This document shows positions 56,383 to 64,000 of a stretch of 64,000 nucleotides of DNA, in pieces. The notes below the pieces were generated by a model, which worked only from the letters and a program-made list of their open reading frames with translations, searched no databases and was not told the DNA's origin. The DNA comes from a bacterium (GTDB lineage Bacteria > JAHJDO01). The position numbers and the translations under genes were made by a program. Numbering within the stretch: the first letter of the stretch is position 1; each line of letters begins with the position of its first letter. The DNA is taken from positions 1,631-65,630 of the forward strand of contig JBDRTG010000034.1 in NCBI GenBank assembly GCA_043824255.1, read 5' to 3'.

Positions 56383-57504
56383 ATGAGTAAAGGGGAAAAA
56401 ATAAGATATGGTATTATTGGGGCAGGGAGTATGGCAAAGGGACATATAGAATCTCTTTTTGAGATCCCTGAAGCGGAAATAACAGCTGTTGCAGATCCTT
56501 ATAAGCCGAGCCTGGACAGTAAAAAGAAATTGATAGGCGAAAGGTATAAGACAAGATTTCTGGATAATTATGAAGACCTTCTGAACATCTCTGAGATCGA
56601 TGCTGTTGTGGTTGCAGTTCCAAACTATCTGCATGCAAATGTAACGATAAATGCATTAAAAGCAGGAAAACATGTTCTATGTGAAAAACCTATGGCAACT
56701 ACAGTTGCAGATTGTGATCGAATGATCAAGGTAGCAAAGAAATCCGGCAAGGTGCTTCAGATAGGATTGGAGTATCGGTCAAGTTCTCTGTATAACAAGA
56801 TATCCCGCATGATTACATCAGGCAGGATTGGAGATATCAAGATGATGTGGTGTAAGGAGTTTCGTGATCCGTTTGCAAAGAAAGTTGATGACTGGATTAT
56901 CATGGAAAAGCATTCAGGAGGGTCGCTTGTAGAGAAGGACTGCCACCATTTTGATATATTCAACTGGTTCATAAATTCAAGACCTAAAAGAGTTGTTGCG
57001 TTTGGTGGCAAGGATGCAGTTTACAGGAATGGAGGAGATAATTTTCTAATGAGGGAGCAGGGATTCTGGGCAGAAAGAAAGGCTTCTGACGCAAAGCCGG
57101 ATGTTATTGATAATGCATGGGTTACTGTTGAATATACCTCGGGAGCAAAAGCAATGCTTGGACTCTGTTTTTTCTTTCCTTTCTCACATGAACTTGAGAT
57201 AGGGGGTATCGGAGACAAAGGAGCTATTATAAGCAGTGATGCAGGGAAAAGCAATGAGGTTAAGCACTATAAACTTAGCAAGGATAAAAGGCACAGGAAA
57301 AGGACGTTCAGTGTTGATATTAATAAGGCGAAAGGGAAATTGTCTCATGGTGGGAATGTATATCTGGAGCACCTTAATTTTATAAAGTCCATTAAAAGCG
57401 GCATTCCGCCCGTAGCTGATGGTGAAATTGGTAAATGGAGCGTTATTGTACCTCTGGCAGCAGAGAGATCAATAAAAGAGGAAAGGATTATTAATATTAA
57501 TTAG
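56383..57504 (+). CDS. Gfo/Idh/MocA family NAD(P)-dependent oxidoreductase
   Basis: 373 aa with the Rossmann motif YGIIGAGSMAKGH and the EKP motif (LCEKPMA). Confidence 0.8.
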   Translation: MSKGEKIRYGIIGAGSMAKGHIESLFEIPEAEITAVADPYKPSLDSKKKLIGERYKTRFLDNYEDLLNISEIDAVVVAVPNYLHANVTINALKAGKHVLCEKPMATTVADCDRMIKVAKKSGKVLQIGLEYRSSSLYNKISRMITSGRIGDIKMMWCKEFRDPFAKKVDDWIIMEKHSGGSLVEKDCHHFDIFNWFINSRPKRVVAFGGKDAVYRNGGDNFLMREQGFWAERKASDAKPDVIDNAWVTVEYTSGAKAMLGLCFFFPFSHELEIGGIGDKGAIISSDAGKSNEVKHYKLSKDKRHRKRTFSVDINKAKGKLSHGGNVYLEHLNFIKSIKSGIPPVADGEIGKWSVIVPLAAERSIKEERIININ

Positions 57505-57516
57505 AGAAAACAAAAC

Positions 57517-59478
57517 ATGAGCACTTACATAAACTTAAAAGATTTTAAAAATATATTAATAGATAAGGGACTAAAAGATGACATTGTCATTAAATTTGCA
57601 GTAGAAGAATTACGTAAATATTTCAATCTTATTTTAAGAAGGCGTCTGTCTGTCCTGGAATGGAGAGAATCAGGGAAGAGCATTATCCTGAATAAAGAAA
57701 TTAATATCTCTGAGAAAAACAGCGATGCCTTCAGCATAAAAGTAGATGAAAAAGGTAATATAATTATTGGCGGAACAAACAGCCGTAGCATACTTTCCGG
57801 GTGTTATGAGTTTTTAGAGAGACTTCTGGATATTAAATGGTATAAACCTGACGAAGAAATTCTTCCCAAAATCCCCAATGAATTAGCACAAAAAGATGCT
57901 TTGAATATCAAGAATAAAGCGTTGCTGAAATACAGGGGTTTTTATCTGGATTCACAGTCCTTTTCTATAAATAAAGACAATATTGTCCGGCTAATAGATT
58001 GGATGGGAAAGAAAAAAGCAAGTTATATACTCGTGTCCGTGGTTCTGTTTGATAAAATCAAGACGTTATTGATTCCCGAAATTAAAAAAAGGGGAATTAT
58101 TCTGGAAGTTGGACATCATGGATTTAATTTTTATCTGGATCCCAATAAATACTTTGATAAACATCCAGACTGGTTTTCATTAGTAAACAATGAAAGATAT
58201 CGCGGTGAATTTGCCTTTAATATGATTAACGATTCTCAAATATGCGTGAGTAATAAGGGAGCAGTGAAAGCATACACGCAGAATTTCTTAAAGTTTATGG
58301 GCGATAATCCGGAGATTGATATATTTGGAGTAATTCCGAATGACGGATTTGGCTGGTGCCAGTGTGCACAATGCAAAAAGATTGAGGGAAAGATGGAATA
58401 TTCTCCATACAGAGATACAAATGTAAGCACAGGACACCCAGATTGTTTTATTGCAAGTGGAAGATATCATTATCTTGTAAGTAAAGTAGCAAGTAAGGTT
58501 AAAAAAGAATACCCGGATAAAAAAGTATCTTTCTGGGCTTATGCAGGAGTGATAATTACGAGTAAATATGTTGACAATTTTGAAGATAATACTGTGCTTG
58601 GATTTGCTCCATACAAGAGATGCTATCAGCACAATATTAGTGACCCAGACTGCAACAGCCGCTTTGAACACATGAACAGTCTGTATATGAATCATTTAAG
58701 CGATTGGAGAAAGAAGTTTCATGGAGATATCATGGTATATGAATACTATTCTAAATATGCGTGGTATTCCTTGCCAAAGATTATTCCTAGTATGATTAGA
58801 AATGAAATCAAGTTTTACAACAAATTTCCTATCCAGGGGATAAGTACAATGGTAGAGTTTGAGAACTGGTTTCCGTATGAGATTAATTTTAATTCTTTCT
58901 TTGATGGAATGTGGGAGAAGGAATTATCCGAGGATAAATGGCTTGATATATATATAAAAACCAGATTTGGCAATTTGGAAAAACAGATTAAAAAGATTTA
59001 TGTAGATATAATAGATCTTATGAAATTTTATGGTAGACTTGGAAGTTATTACCCTCCAGAAGAAATTCAGCATACCATTAAAAGCTTGGATAATATGACT
59101 GAAGAATTAAAAATCTTATACAATAAGACAAAGACAGATAGTCCAGAAGGAATTAACGTAAAGAAATTACTGGATTTAATAAGATACACTCGTATTAGTT
59201 TTGACTTAGCAGAAGAAATTAATGTGTTGTATCTGAATTGTTCTAGTCTCTCCTGTGAAGAAGTTAATAAAATATTAAATAACATTCTTGCAAAAAATGA
59301 GAAGTTAGGAGAATTTGTAGAACGGGAAAACGATACAGGCCTTTTTATACATGAATGGCTTAAACATAAGGAGGAAAAGATAAGAGAAATAGTCAGCGAA
59401 ATCAGAACTCTGGAGAAGGAAGAATCTGCTGATATAAAAAGCAAGGTAAAAGGATTGAGGGATACTTTTGGCATATAA
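57517..59478 (+). CDS. DUF4838-domain protein (GH20b/GH67N-like N-domain plus TIM-barrel-like domain), no signal peptide
   Basis: 653 aa. The patterns GGTNSRSILSGCYEFLERLLDIKWY and GWCQCAQCKK match my recollection of DUF4838 proteins. Confidence 0.55.
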   Translation: MSTYINLKDFKNILIDKGLKDDIVIKFAVEELRKYFNLILRRRLSVLEWRESGKSIILNKEINISEKNSDAFSIKVDEKGNIIIGGTNSRSILSGCYEFLERLLDIKWYKPDEEILPKIPNELAQKDALNIKNKALLKYRGFYLDSQSFSINKDNIVRLIDWMGKKKASYILVSVVLFDKIKTLLIPEIKKRGIILEVGHHGFNFYLDPNKYFDKHPDWFSLVNNERYRGEFAFNMINDSQICVSNKGAVKAYTQNFLKFMGDNPEIDIFGVIPNDGFGWCQCAQCKKIEGKMEYSPYRDTNVSTGHPDCFIASGRYHYLVSKVASKVKKEYPDKKVSFWAYAGVIITSKYVDNFEDNTVLGFAPYKRCYQHNISDPDCNSRFEHMNSLYMNHLSDWRKKFHGDIMVYEYYSKYAWYSLPKIIPSMIRNEIKFYNKFPIQGISTMVEFENWFPYEINFNSFFDGMWEKELSEDKWLDIYIKTRFGNLEKQIKKIYVDIIDLMKFYGRLGSYYPPEEIQHTIKSLDNMTEELKILYNKTKTDSPEGINVKKLLDLIRYTRISFDLAEEINVLYLNCSSLSCEEVNKILNNILAKNEKLGEFVERENDTGLFIHEWLKHKEEKIREIVSEIRTLEKEESADIKSKVKGLRDTFGI

Positions 59479-59509
59479 AAAAACGGCAGAAATAAATAGG
59501 GGATATACC

Positions 59510-60352
59510 ATGAATAGAAGACGGGAAATAAGGAATTTACTGAAATTAACTTCAGAGCAGGTTATAGAAAAAAGCGGAAAGCATTTGGTAGTTGTTTCTG
59601 ATCTTGAGAAATTACACAATCACTTTGCCAACTTCATTGCGTCTGAGATAGAGGGAAATAACAAAAGAAATAAGAGGACAAATCTTATTTTACCAGTTGG
59701 CCCAATAGGGCAATATCCTATTCTTGCCGAGATAATAAATCAAAGAAAAATATGTTTAAGTAAATGCCATTTCTTTTTTATGGATGAGTATTGTGATGAT
59801 AAAGGATATGTAGTTCCCAAAACGCATCCCTTGAGTTTTAAAGGAATAGCAGAAAGAATTTTTCTAAGCAAACTAGATAGAAGTGCTGGTTTAACGGATA
59901 AACAAGTAATCTTTCCTGATCACAGCAATATCAACCTGCTTGCAGACAAAATAGAAAATGCAGGAGGGATAGATACCTGCTACGGCGGTATTGGAATACA
60001 CGGACATGTGGCATTTAATGAGCCTGAGCTAAATATAAAAGAGTCTGATCCGAGGCTTGTTTATTTAAACAAATATACCATTACCATCAATGCAATAAGA
60101 GCAGAAGTAGGGGGGAATCTTGAGACTTTTCCAAATAAAGCAGTAACTCTGGGTATGCGCCAGATTTTAGGAGCAGGACATATCAAATTATGCTGCAGGA
60201 ATGGTACTCCTTATGACTGGGCAAATACTATACTGAGAATTGCGCTTCTTGGGAAACCTGGGGATGATTATCCTGTAACTTATATACGTGACAGAGATTA
60301 TACCATTATAACAGATGAAGACACATTAAAGAGCCCAAAATATGTTGTGTAG
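59510..60352 (+). CDS. NagB-superfamily protein, divergent paralog 2
   Basis: About 280 aa from ATG 59510, with SD AGGGGA. Motifs: ILPVGP, FFMDEYC, GGIGIHGHVAFNEPELN. Confidence 0.65.
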   Translation: MNRRREIRNLLKLTSEQVIEKSGKHLVVVSDLEKLHNHFANFIASEIEGNNKRNKRTNLILPVGPIGQYPILAEIINQRKICLSKCHFFFMDEYCDDKGYVVPKTHPLSFKGIAERIFLSKLDRSAGLTDKQVIFPDHSNINLLADKIENAGGIDTCYGGIGIHGHVAFNEPELNIKESDPRLVYLNKYTITINAIRAEVGGNLETFPNKAVTLGMRQILGAGHIKLCCRNGTPYDWANTILRIALLGKPGDDYPVTYIRDRDYTIITDEDTLKSPKYVV

Positions 60353-60559
60353 AATAAAAGGGAAAAATCAACTTTTGATAACTAAACTGTAACAATCGGC
60401 AAGCAAATTTGAAACAAATGAAACAAACATGTGATATGCTTATCGACTCAACTGGCAGCATGGAAATGATTCAGGAATTTTCTTCATATGTGAGGCGGGG
60501 GCTGGGATATATAAATACGCAATTTATGAAATGGAATTTATAAGATAATGGGGAAATAC

Positions 60560-61336
60560 ATGGAAGTTAGCGATTTCAAAAAGTACGTTTACAATTTGAA
60601 AGGCAGACTTAATCCTGATGAAGGGCTTTTGTTTGGAAACGAGAATAATGGGATTACAGGAATTCAAGTATCTTGGATGGCAAGTCTGGATGCTATTGAG
60701 AGCGCTCAAAGGGTAGGAGCAAATTTAATGCTTGTTCATGAAGCGCTTTTTTACCCATATCCATTTTCGAATAACCCAAGACCAAAGGATTATCTATGTT
60801 GGTCAGTTAATAAGAAAAGAAAGGAATTATTATCTAGATATGAGATTGCTGTAATAAGATTTCATGGCACGCTTGATGAGATATGTATACTTGACGATTT
60901 TGCAAAAGCATTAGGTCTTCCTGAGCCATCAATAGAAGATAAGTTAGTAAAACTATATGACATTGAACCTGTGAGTATAGAAACTATGATAAAAAGAGTT
61001 AAAAAAGCATTGTTATTAGATATAGTCAGAGTTACGCCTTGTGATTTAAAGAAAAAGGCAAGACGTATAGGATTGCCGTGGGGAGGGTTAGGATTGTTCG
61101 TTAATGTAAGTTATCAGGAGAGATTGCTCAAGTATGAACCTGATTTATTCATTGCAGGAGAAAGTGACTGCTATGGTTTTATCTATGCAATTGATGCAGG
61201 TATACCAATGATTGAGACCTCTCATGAAATAAGTGAAAATATTGGACTCAAGAATTTTGCAGATAAATTAAAAAAAGATATAATGGATATTAATATAACT
61301 TTTTATGAAAACAAGAAACCTTGGATAAATTTGTAA
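60560..61336 (+). CDS. NIF3-like (DUF34) dinuclear metal-centre protein
   Basis: About 258 aa. The patterns ITGIQVSWMASLDAIESAQRVGANLMLVHEALFYP and C-terminal ETSHE are typical of NIF3. The ORF is open from 60548. Confidence 0.65.
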   Translation: MEVSDFKKYVYNLKGRLNPDEGLLFGNENNGITGIQVSWMASLDAIESAQRVGANLMLVHEALFYPYPFSNNPRPKDYLCWSVNKKRKELLSRYEIAVIRFHGTLDEICILDDFAKALGLPEPSIEDKLVKLYDIEPVSIETMIKRVKKALLLDIVRVTPCDLKKKARRIGLPWGGLGLFVNVSYQERLLKYEPDLFIAGESDCYGFIYAIDAGIPMIETSHEISENIGLKNFADKLKKDIMDINITFYENKKPWINL

Positions 61337-61344
61337 ATAATATA

Positions 61345-62625
61345 ATGCTTAAACCTGAATCTACACAAGGCAAAACGGATTGGTTTGTTCACGACCGTTT
61401 TGGTCTCTTCATTCACTGGGGCATTTATTCGGTTGCTGCGCGGCATGAATGGGTTAAAAACTACGAAAAAATAACGGATGAGGAATATCAGAAATATTTC
61501 GATCATTTTGATCCTGACCTGTATGATCCGGAGGCATGGGCAAAGGCAGCAAAACATGCTGGGATGAAATATGTTGTCCTGACGACAAAGCACCACGATG
61601 GCTTTTGTCTATGGGATTCTAAATTAACTGACTACAAAGCGACGAATACACCTGCAGGACGCGATCTTCTTAAACCATTTGTTGAAGCCTTTCGGAAGCA
61701 GGGGATTAAAATAGGTTTCTATCATTCGCTGATTGACTGGCATCATCCGGAATTTCCTGTGGACAGTTGTCATCCGCAGCGCGATGATGAGGAATTCAAA
61801 AAACGCACAAAAGAACGTGATATAAAAAAATATGCTGAGTATTTACATGGTCAGGTTCGGGAACTGCTGACAGAATTCGGAAAGATTGACATTTTATTCT
61901 TTGATTTTTCTTATCCTGAATCTCATGGGATGAAAGGAAAAGGCAAAGAGGATTGGCAGTCTGAAAAACTAATTAAGATGATTAGAGAATTAATGCCGGA
62001 TATAGTGATAAATAATCGGACAGAAGTTCCGCAGGATTTCTACACTCCCGAGCAGTTCCAGCCGTGCGGATGGGTTCATGTAAATGAGAAACCTGTTGTA
62101 TGGGAGGCGTGCCAGACATTCAGCGGCAGCTGGGGCTATCACAGAGATAACCTTAACTGGAAGTCATCAGAAATGCTGATCAAGATGCTGATTGATACAG
62201 TGTCTAAAGGCGGAAACATGCTATTGAATGTTGGACCTACAGCGCGTGGACAATTTGAGCCAAAAGTTTTGGAAAGACTGCATGATATAGGTGAGTGGAT
62301 GAGACTTCATTCCCGTTCTATTTACGGCGCAACTCAAAGTGAATTCAAAGTGCCTCAGGACTGTAGGCTTACTCAAAATGGTAACCGTGTTTATCTACAT
62401 ATCTTTTCATGGCCATTTAAACATATTTACATTGATAACATGGCAGATAAAGTTGAATATGCGCAACTGTTAAATGACAACTCTGAGATAAAGATGCAAA
62501 GACACGATCCAAAGAAGGCACACTCTCACATGTCTAAAAAAATAGATCCCAGAACATTAACACTTATTCTGCCGATACAAAAACCGGATGTAACTGTCCC
62601 TGTTATTGAATTATTTTTAAAATAA
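61345..62625 (+). CDS. Alpha-L-fucosidase, GH29, apparently cytoplasmic
   Basis: Motifs: WFVHDRFGLFIHWGIYSV, KYVVLTTKHHDGFCLWDS, plus a C-terminal beta-sandwich. The start is uncertain (TTG 61321 or ATG 61345). Confidence 0.85.
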   Translation: MLKPESTQGKTDWFVHDRFGLFIHWGIYSVAARHEWVKNYEKITDEEYQKYFDHFDPDLYDPEAWAKAAKHAGMKYVVLTTKHHDGFCLWDSKLTDYKATNTPAGRDLLKPFVEAFRKQGIKIGFYHSLIDWHHPEFPVDSCHPQRDDEEFKKRTKERDIKKYAEYLHGQVRELLTEFGKIDILFFDFSYPESHGMKGKGKEDWQSEKLIKMIRELMPDIVINNRTEVPQDFYTPEQFQPCGWVHVNEKPVVWEACQTFSGSWGYHRDNLNWKSSEMLIKMLIDTVSKGGNMLLNVGPTARGQFEPKVLERLHDIGEWMRLHSRSIYGATQSEFKVPQDCRLTQNGNRVYLHIFSWPFKHIYIDNMADKVEYAQLLNDNSEIKMQRHDPKKAHSHMSKKIDPRTLTLILPIQKPDVTVPVIELFLK

Positions 62626-62828
62626 AAAATGGCAAATGTAAATCCACATTGGGTTACAAATAATTTAAATCAGCTCTGGATTTCTTTGCCGAGGGCACAA
62701 AACACCTACATATGGTTTCGTGTTGCATTAAATATTAAACCATGCGGAGGCTGAGAAATCTGCTATCTTAGGCAAAGCAGTTAAGATGTAGGTTGGGAGT
62801 TTTATTTTGCAAATAAGGAGGAGAAAAG

Positions 62829-64000
62829 TTGGTTTCGTCGATGGAAGATAAACAAGTAGGTTTAAAGAGTTTCATAATAGGCGCGTTGCTGTGTTTTCTA
62901 ATCCCAGTAATGGCACACTATTCCATAGATATTGTTCATGGCTCTTATCTGGCAATAGACTTCATGCCTGCGGGAGCAATATTCCTGTTTTTTATTCTTG
63001 TAGGAGGTGTAGCAGTTATACTTAAATTGATAAGCAAAAGAATAGCCCTTAATTCATCAGAGCTTCTGGTAATATACATAATGATGCTTGTAGCCTCTTC
63101 AGTAGCAACAATGGGACTTGGCGCGCAATTATTTCCGATAATCACAGCGCCATTTTACTTTGCAACCCCGACAAACAGATGGGCAGAGTTAATACAACCG
63201 CATATCAAAAGCTGGATGGTGCCACAGGGCAAAGAGGTAATAAGACAGTTCTATGAAGGCATGCCAAAGGGCGCGAGTATACCCTGGTCAGCATGGCTCA
63301 AGCCAATATGTTTCTGGCTAATATTCCTTATGTCTCTATATATGGTAATGATAACAATAATGGTGATATTAAGAAAACAATGGGTAGAAAAGGAGAGATT
63401 GATATATCCGTTAGCGCAATTATCTATGGATATGGTGAAGGATGAAAACGGCTCCATAATAAGACCGTTCTTCAAGAGCAGAATAATGTGGTTTGGATTT
63501 GCCATTCCATTTACAATCAGTTCAATAAACGCTTTTCATCATTATTTTCACTTTATTCCTAATATAAATCTCGTTAATAGCATTCCGATATTTCGTAATT
63601 CTTTAAGCATGATTTTCAGAGTAAGCTTTCCAATGATAGGGTATGCGTACTTTATCAACATGCAGCTGGCGTTCAGTTTATGGTTTTTATGCCTGTTATC
63701 AATAATGATAAAAGGAATCTGTAACATTACAGGTTTTGGATTTAGCGAAAATCTAGGCAGTTATGGAATAAAAGGTTCCCCAATGCTATACCATCAGCAG
63801 ACTGGAGGAATAATAGTATTAGTATTAACAGGCTTATGGATGGCAAGAGAGCATCTTAAGGATGTATTTGGTAAAGCATTCGGACGCAGAAAAGATATAG
63901 ATGATACAGAAGAGATACTCTCCTACAGGGTATCAGTATACTCGCTCTTGATAGGGTTAATTGTAATGGGGATATGGCTATATTTCAGTGGGATGCCCTG
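62829..64000 (+). CDS. Large polytopic membrane protein of unknown function, 3' end outside window
   Basis: The frame is open from TTG 62829 (GGAGGAG 5 nt upstream; an in-frame ATG is at 62841) to the window end. I translated it by hand as (MVSS)MEDKQVGLKSFIIGALLCFLIP..., with many hydrophobic segments. It is absent from the ORF track because no stop falls inside the window. Confidence 0.6.
   Translation, partial: MVSSMEDKQVGLKSFIIGALLCFLIPVMAHYSIDIVHGSYLAIDFMPAGAIFLFFILVGGVAVILKLISKRIALNSSELLVIYIMMLVASSVATMGLGAQLFPIITAPFYFATPTNRWAELIQPHIKSWMVPQGKEVIRQFYEGMPKGASIPWSAWLKPICFWLIFLMSLYMVMITIMVILRKQWVEKERLIYPLAQLSMDMVKDENGSIIRPFFKSRIMWFGFAIPFTISSINAFHHYFHFIPNINLVNSIPIFRNSLSMIFRVSFPMIGYAYFINMQLAFSLWFLCLLSIMIKGICNITGFGFSENLGSYGIKGSPMLYHQQTGGIIVLVLTGLWMAREHLKDVFGKAFGRRKDIDDTEEILSYRVSVYSLLIGLIVMGIWLYFSGMP

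Noticed and set aside
60418-60543. A 41-codon ORF (MKQTCDMLIDSTGSMEMIQEF...) in the 195-bp gap before the NIF3-like gene.
   Set aside because: It has no Shine-Dalgarno sequence and no recognisable motif, and it is too short to evaluate. The gap more likely holds a promoter for 60560-62625.
1-64000. A search for CRISPR arrays, rRNA genes, prophage or integrase genes, toxin-antitoxin pairs and known defence-system signatures.
   Set aside because: No regularly spaced direct repeats, no rRNA-like sequence, and no nuclease, helicase, methylase or integrase-type ORFs were seen. The only mobile DNA recognised is the IS110-family pair.

Overview
This is a 64-kb window from a low-GC bacterium (hand-counted 100-nt samples give about 29-34% GC). 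All functional calls come from motif recognition in the supplied translations; no database search was possible.

The gene content suggests a glycan-degrading member of the PVC or Omnitrophota-like radiation, but this is a weak inference. It rests on prepilin-type H-X9-DG (DUF1559-like) proteins, many Gfo/Idh/MocA oxidoreductases, DUF4838, GH29, CBM9-like proteins and a PPi-type PFK.

Layout:
- **1-1.3 kb:** a 5'-truncated IS110-family element, inserted in the leader of a prepilin-type gene.
- **1.4-25.6 kb:** an almost uninterrupted minus-strand block of housekeeping genes:
  - AraC regulator, icd, aconitase, TPR protein, pfk and tkt;
  - a GC-rich foreign lipoprotein gene;
  - holA, an orphan OppD/F-like ATPase pair and ispH;
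  - the NfeD-NfeD-FloA operon;
  - pgpA/pgsA, a RodZ-like protein and pheST.
  A plus-strand thioesterase gene and a tRNA-CAU sit inside this block.
- **From 25.7 kb:** everything is on the plus strand:
  - tilS;
  - a glycan-utilisation locus: GntR/LacI hybrid regulator, CBM9-like protein, a 960-aa secreted putative glycosidase, a pilin-like gene interrupted by a second, full IS110-family copy, a Gfo/Idh/MocA oxidoreductase and a URO-D-like protein;
  - ftsH-folP-cdaA-ybbR-pdxJ-nnr, a purine permease and a flavin reductase;
  - a tRNA Thr-Tyr-Gly cluster.
- **45.3-62.6 kb:** a kinase-less catabolic island. It holds a ROK regulator, split transketolase, CoA-acylating aldehyde dehydrogenase, SucCD-like ligase, DASS transporter, RpiB-like isomerase, amidohydrolase, class II aldolase, two NagB-like proteins, Gfo/Idh/MocA, DUF4838, NIF3 and a GH29 fucosidase.

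Most interesting observations:
1. Both IS copies are inserted at the same codon phase in the G/A-F|T prepilin cleavage motif of two different pilin-like genes.
   - The insert is 1425 bp (a multiple of 3) and is completely stop-free on its antisense strand, because the transposase avoids TTA, CTA and TCA codons.
   - The IS also carries a roughly 254-nt conserved 3' non-coding end with variable patches, a candidate bridge/seek-type guide RNA.
2. The 45-62 kb island resembles the transketolase-dependent sulfoquinovose pathway with an ATP-yielding sulfoacetate branch, but it has non-canonical entry enzymes.

No CRISPR array, rRNA, prophage or recognisable defence system was seen.
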